DNA of 64,000 nucleotides from Candidatus Kapaibacterium sp. Its GTDB lineage: Bacteria; Bacteroidota; Ignavibacteria; Kapaibacteriales; UBA2268. The notes beneath the pieces were generated by a model. That model was not told the origin of the DNA, did not search any database, and worked only from the letters and a program-made list of their open reading frames with translations. Within the stretch, counting starts at the first letter, position 1, and every line of letters starts with the position of its first letter. The position numbers and the translations under genes were made by a program. Shown piece by piece: positions 61,867-64,000 of the stretch. The DNA lies in NCBI GenBank assembly GCA_963665665.1, contig OY762428.1, positions 640,001 to 704,000 on the forward strand. The letters run 5' to 3'.

Positions 61867-63852
61867 TTAAAAGGATTCTTCACTGTCTTTATCTGCCGGA
61901 AGAGTGATTTCGATTGACGTACCTCCGTCCGGAATCGATTTAATAAACAATTCACCCTTGTTCATTTCAATAAATTCCTTAACAATTTTCAAACCAAGGC
62001 CAGTGCCTTTTTCTGATTTTGTTCCCGAAGTTGTGAAGTATTGATAGTCATCAAGAATTTTATCAATCATTACCCGATCTATACCTATTCCATTATCGAT
62101 CACTTTCAATACAATATTTTTTTCTGCACTTTCAAGCTTGATACATATTTTGCCATTAGGAACAGTAAATTTCACTGCATTAGAGATAATATTTCTGACG
62201 ATAGTGTCTGTCATATTAATATCAGCATAAACAGAAATATCTTCAGTTGGTAAGTATTGCAGATCAATATTTTTTTCTACTACATTATTTTTAAACAAAT
62301 CAATATTTCTTAAAATCAGGTTATTGATATCAATATGCTTTGGTGAATATTCTATTCTGCCTGTTTGGGATCGTGCCCAATCCAAAAGATTTTCCAATAA
62401 TTCTGACAGGCGATATACCGATTTGTTCAACTGATTATAAATTAGATCCAAATTTTCCTTATCAATATCATATGAATCCTTTACCAGCATATCCGTTGCC
62501 AGAACCAGTGCATTAAGCGGGTTTCTCAGGTCATGAGCAATAATTGAGAACAATTTATCTTTAGCTTCATTGGATTCTTTTAATTTTTGTGAGCGGTTTT
62601 TCAATTCTTCGTTAATAAAAACAAGTTCTTCCTTTTGGTCACTGATCAGTTTATTTTGGTCATTAAGTTTTTCATAAGCATACTCCAGCTGATCGGTTTT
62701 TTCTTTTAATAGTATATTATCTTTTCTTTTAGTTTTGTATTTCCAAAACAGCAGGATACCGATGGAAAGTCCGAAAAGTATAACCAATACCAGTAATTGA
62801 ATATACATGGACTGTATTTTGTTTTCCTGCTCAAGCATTTGGTTTTGCCGGCTTTTATCCTGCATTTCATAGTGGTTAAGTAGTTCTGCAAGGTTGTCTC
62901 CGCTATCCGAGGCTTCTATTGAGTCCTCAAGTTTTTTAATTTCTTTTAGGATAACATAGGAATTTTCAAAATCACCTTTTTCCTCGTAAATATCGGAAAG
63001 GTATGTATTAATAGTAATTAGTAACTTAGAATAGTTTTTCTCTTTTGCAATTATTCTCGATCTCTTCAAAATATTCAGAGCTTTCTGATTTTTATTTTCA
63101 GTAATCAAAATACTTGCTTCAATAACGGAAAATCTTAAACTCATCATTGTATTTCTACATGAGAAACAAAAATCCTTTCCCATTTGAAGATATTTTTTGG
63201 CATTTATATAGTTACCATTGGTTTTATATATTTCTGCCATGTTAAGAATTGTATTCAAAGTATAAACGCTGTCCTTATGTTTCGGGAGAAGGTCAAGAGA
63301 CTTATTAAGATATTCCATAACTTTAGGAGTATCATTTCTGAAATTATAAATCAATGCAATATTATTATAAATACCTGACAAATAGTGGGATGAATCAAGT
63401 TTTAAAAACAATTCTTCAGCTTTCTGGAAATAATTCATTGCCTTGTCTAATTGGTTTTGCTTGGCATACATAATGCCAATATTGCTTTGTGTCGAGGCAA
63501 TTTTAGTGTCGTCATCAAGCTCTTTAGCAACTTCAAGAGCCTCTAATATATATCTTAAGGATTTGCTGTTGTCTCCAATTTGCAAATAAGTTTTGGCGAG
63601 TAATAGCAGGTACTTATAATCTTTCTCGGGATAATTTTTCGATTTAATTATTTCAAGCGCCTCTTTCGAAAAATTGATCTTATCATATATACTCAGATCA
63701 TTTTGTTTATCCAGTAAAGAATCAATAAATTCAATTTTTTTATCATCAGTTTCAGATTCAACAGCCCTGTACAACGAATCGAATTTGCTGGCATTTAGTA
63801 TCTGAATGCAGCACAAAATATTTATTATTATAATAGATAAGAATATCTTCAT
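61867..63852 (-). CDS. TPR-repeat membrane sensor histidine kinase
   Basis: Periplasmic TPRs (NIGIMY, NNIALIY), TM helix, H-box IIAHDLRNP, N-box NAVKFT, DNGIG, GTGLGL. Confidence 0.93.
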   Translation of the reverse strand: MKIFLSIIIINILCCIQILNASKFDSLYRAVESETDDKKIEFIDSLLDKQNDLSIYDKINFSKEALEIIKSKNYPEKDYKYLLLLAKTYLQIGDNSKSLRYILEALEVAKELDDDTKIASTQSNIGIMYAKQNQLDKAMNYFQKAEELFLKLDSSHYLSGIYNNIALIYNFRNDTPKVMEYLNKSLDLLPKHKDSVYTLNTILNMAEIYKTNGNYINAKKYLQMGKDFCFSCRNTMMSLRFSVIEASILITENKNQKALNILKRSRIIAKEKNYSKLLITINTYLSDIYEEKGDFENSYVILKEIKKLEDSIEASDSGDNLAELLNHYEMQDKSRQNQMLEQENKIQSMYIQLLVLVILFGLSIGILLFWKYKTKRKDNILLKEKTDQLEYAYEKLNDQNKLISDQKEELVFINEELKNRSQKLKESNEAKDKLFSIIAHDLRNPLNALVLATDMLVKDSYDIDKENLDLIYNQLNKSVYRLSELLENLLDWARSQTGRIEYSPKHIDINNLILRNIDLFKNNVVEKNIDLQYLPTEDISVYADINMTDTIVRNIISNAVKFTVPNGKICIKLESAEKNIVLKVIDNGIGIDRVMIDKILDDYQYFTTSGTKSEKGTGLGLKIVKEFIEMNKGELFIKSIPDGGTSIEITLPADKDSEESF

Positions 63853-64000
63853 TTCAATCCAAAAAAAGTGTACTCAAAACGTAAAGTGAATCAAATAGTA
63901 TACCAAATAATCACTGATTGATATTAACGTGTTAAATCTTTTTCTTTAAAAAAGATAAAGGATCATAAAACCTTTCGTTTAGTTCCTTCTTAGTCATTGT

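Overview
AT-rich bacterial chromosome segment, most consistent with a Kapabacteria/Ignavibacteria-like FCB-group organism (inference: many T9SS C-terminal-domain cargo proteins occur together with fliP/fliQ/fliR/flhB, a Bacteroidota-type GlmU-like protein and an Hc1-like histone). Housekeeping content: glycosylasparaginase plus sugar MFS, ansA, two RecQ helicases, FKBP, citrate synthase-mdh, flippase, S8 protease, ahpC, feoAB plus a DtxR/MntR regulator, and a TPR histidine kinase. Three features are unusual. (1) A tandem array (1-13.5 kb, plus a diverged copy at 31.7-35.4 kb) of large secreted proteins shares a near-identical ~850-aa Ig-repeat stalk and T9SS CTD but carries different AT-rich N-terminal heads, with visible recombination scars. 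(2) Two copies (13.85-14.96 kb and 44.48-45.38 kb) of a ~0.9-1.1 kb foldback element are built from two oppositely oriented 21-bp repeat arrays meeting in exact register at a central GAACATGTTC palindrome. (3) Intergenic mosaics of several different REP-like palindrome families occur in conserved order and enclose that element; no transposase, integrase or reverse transcriptase is visible in the window. All product calls are from motif recognition by eye; no database searches were run.
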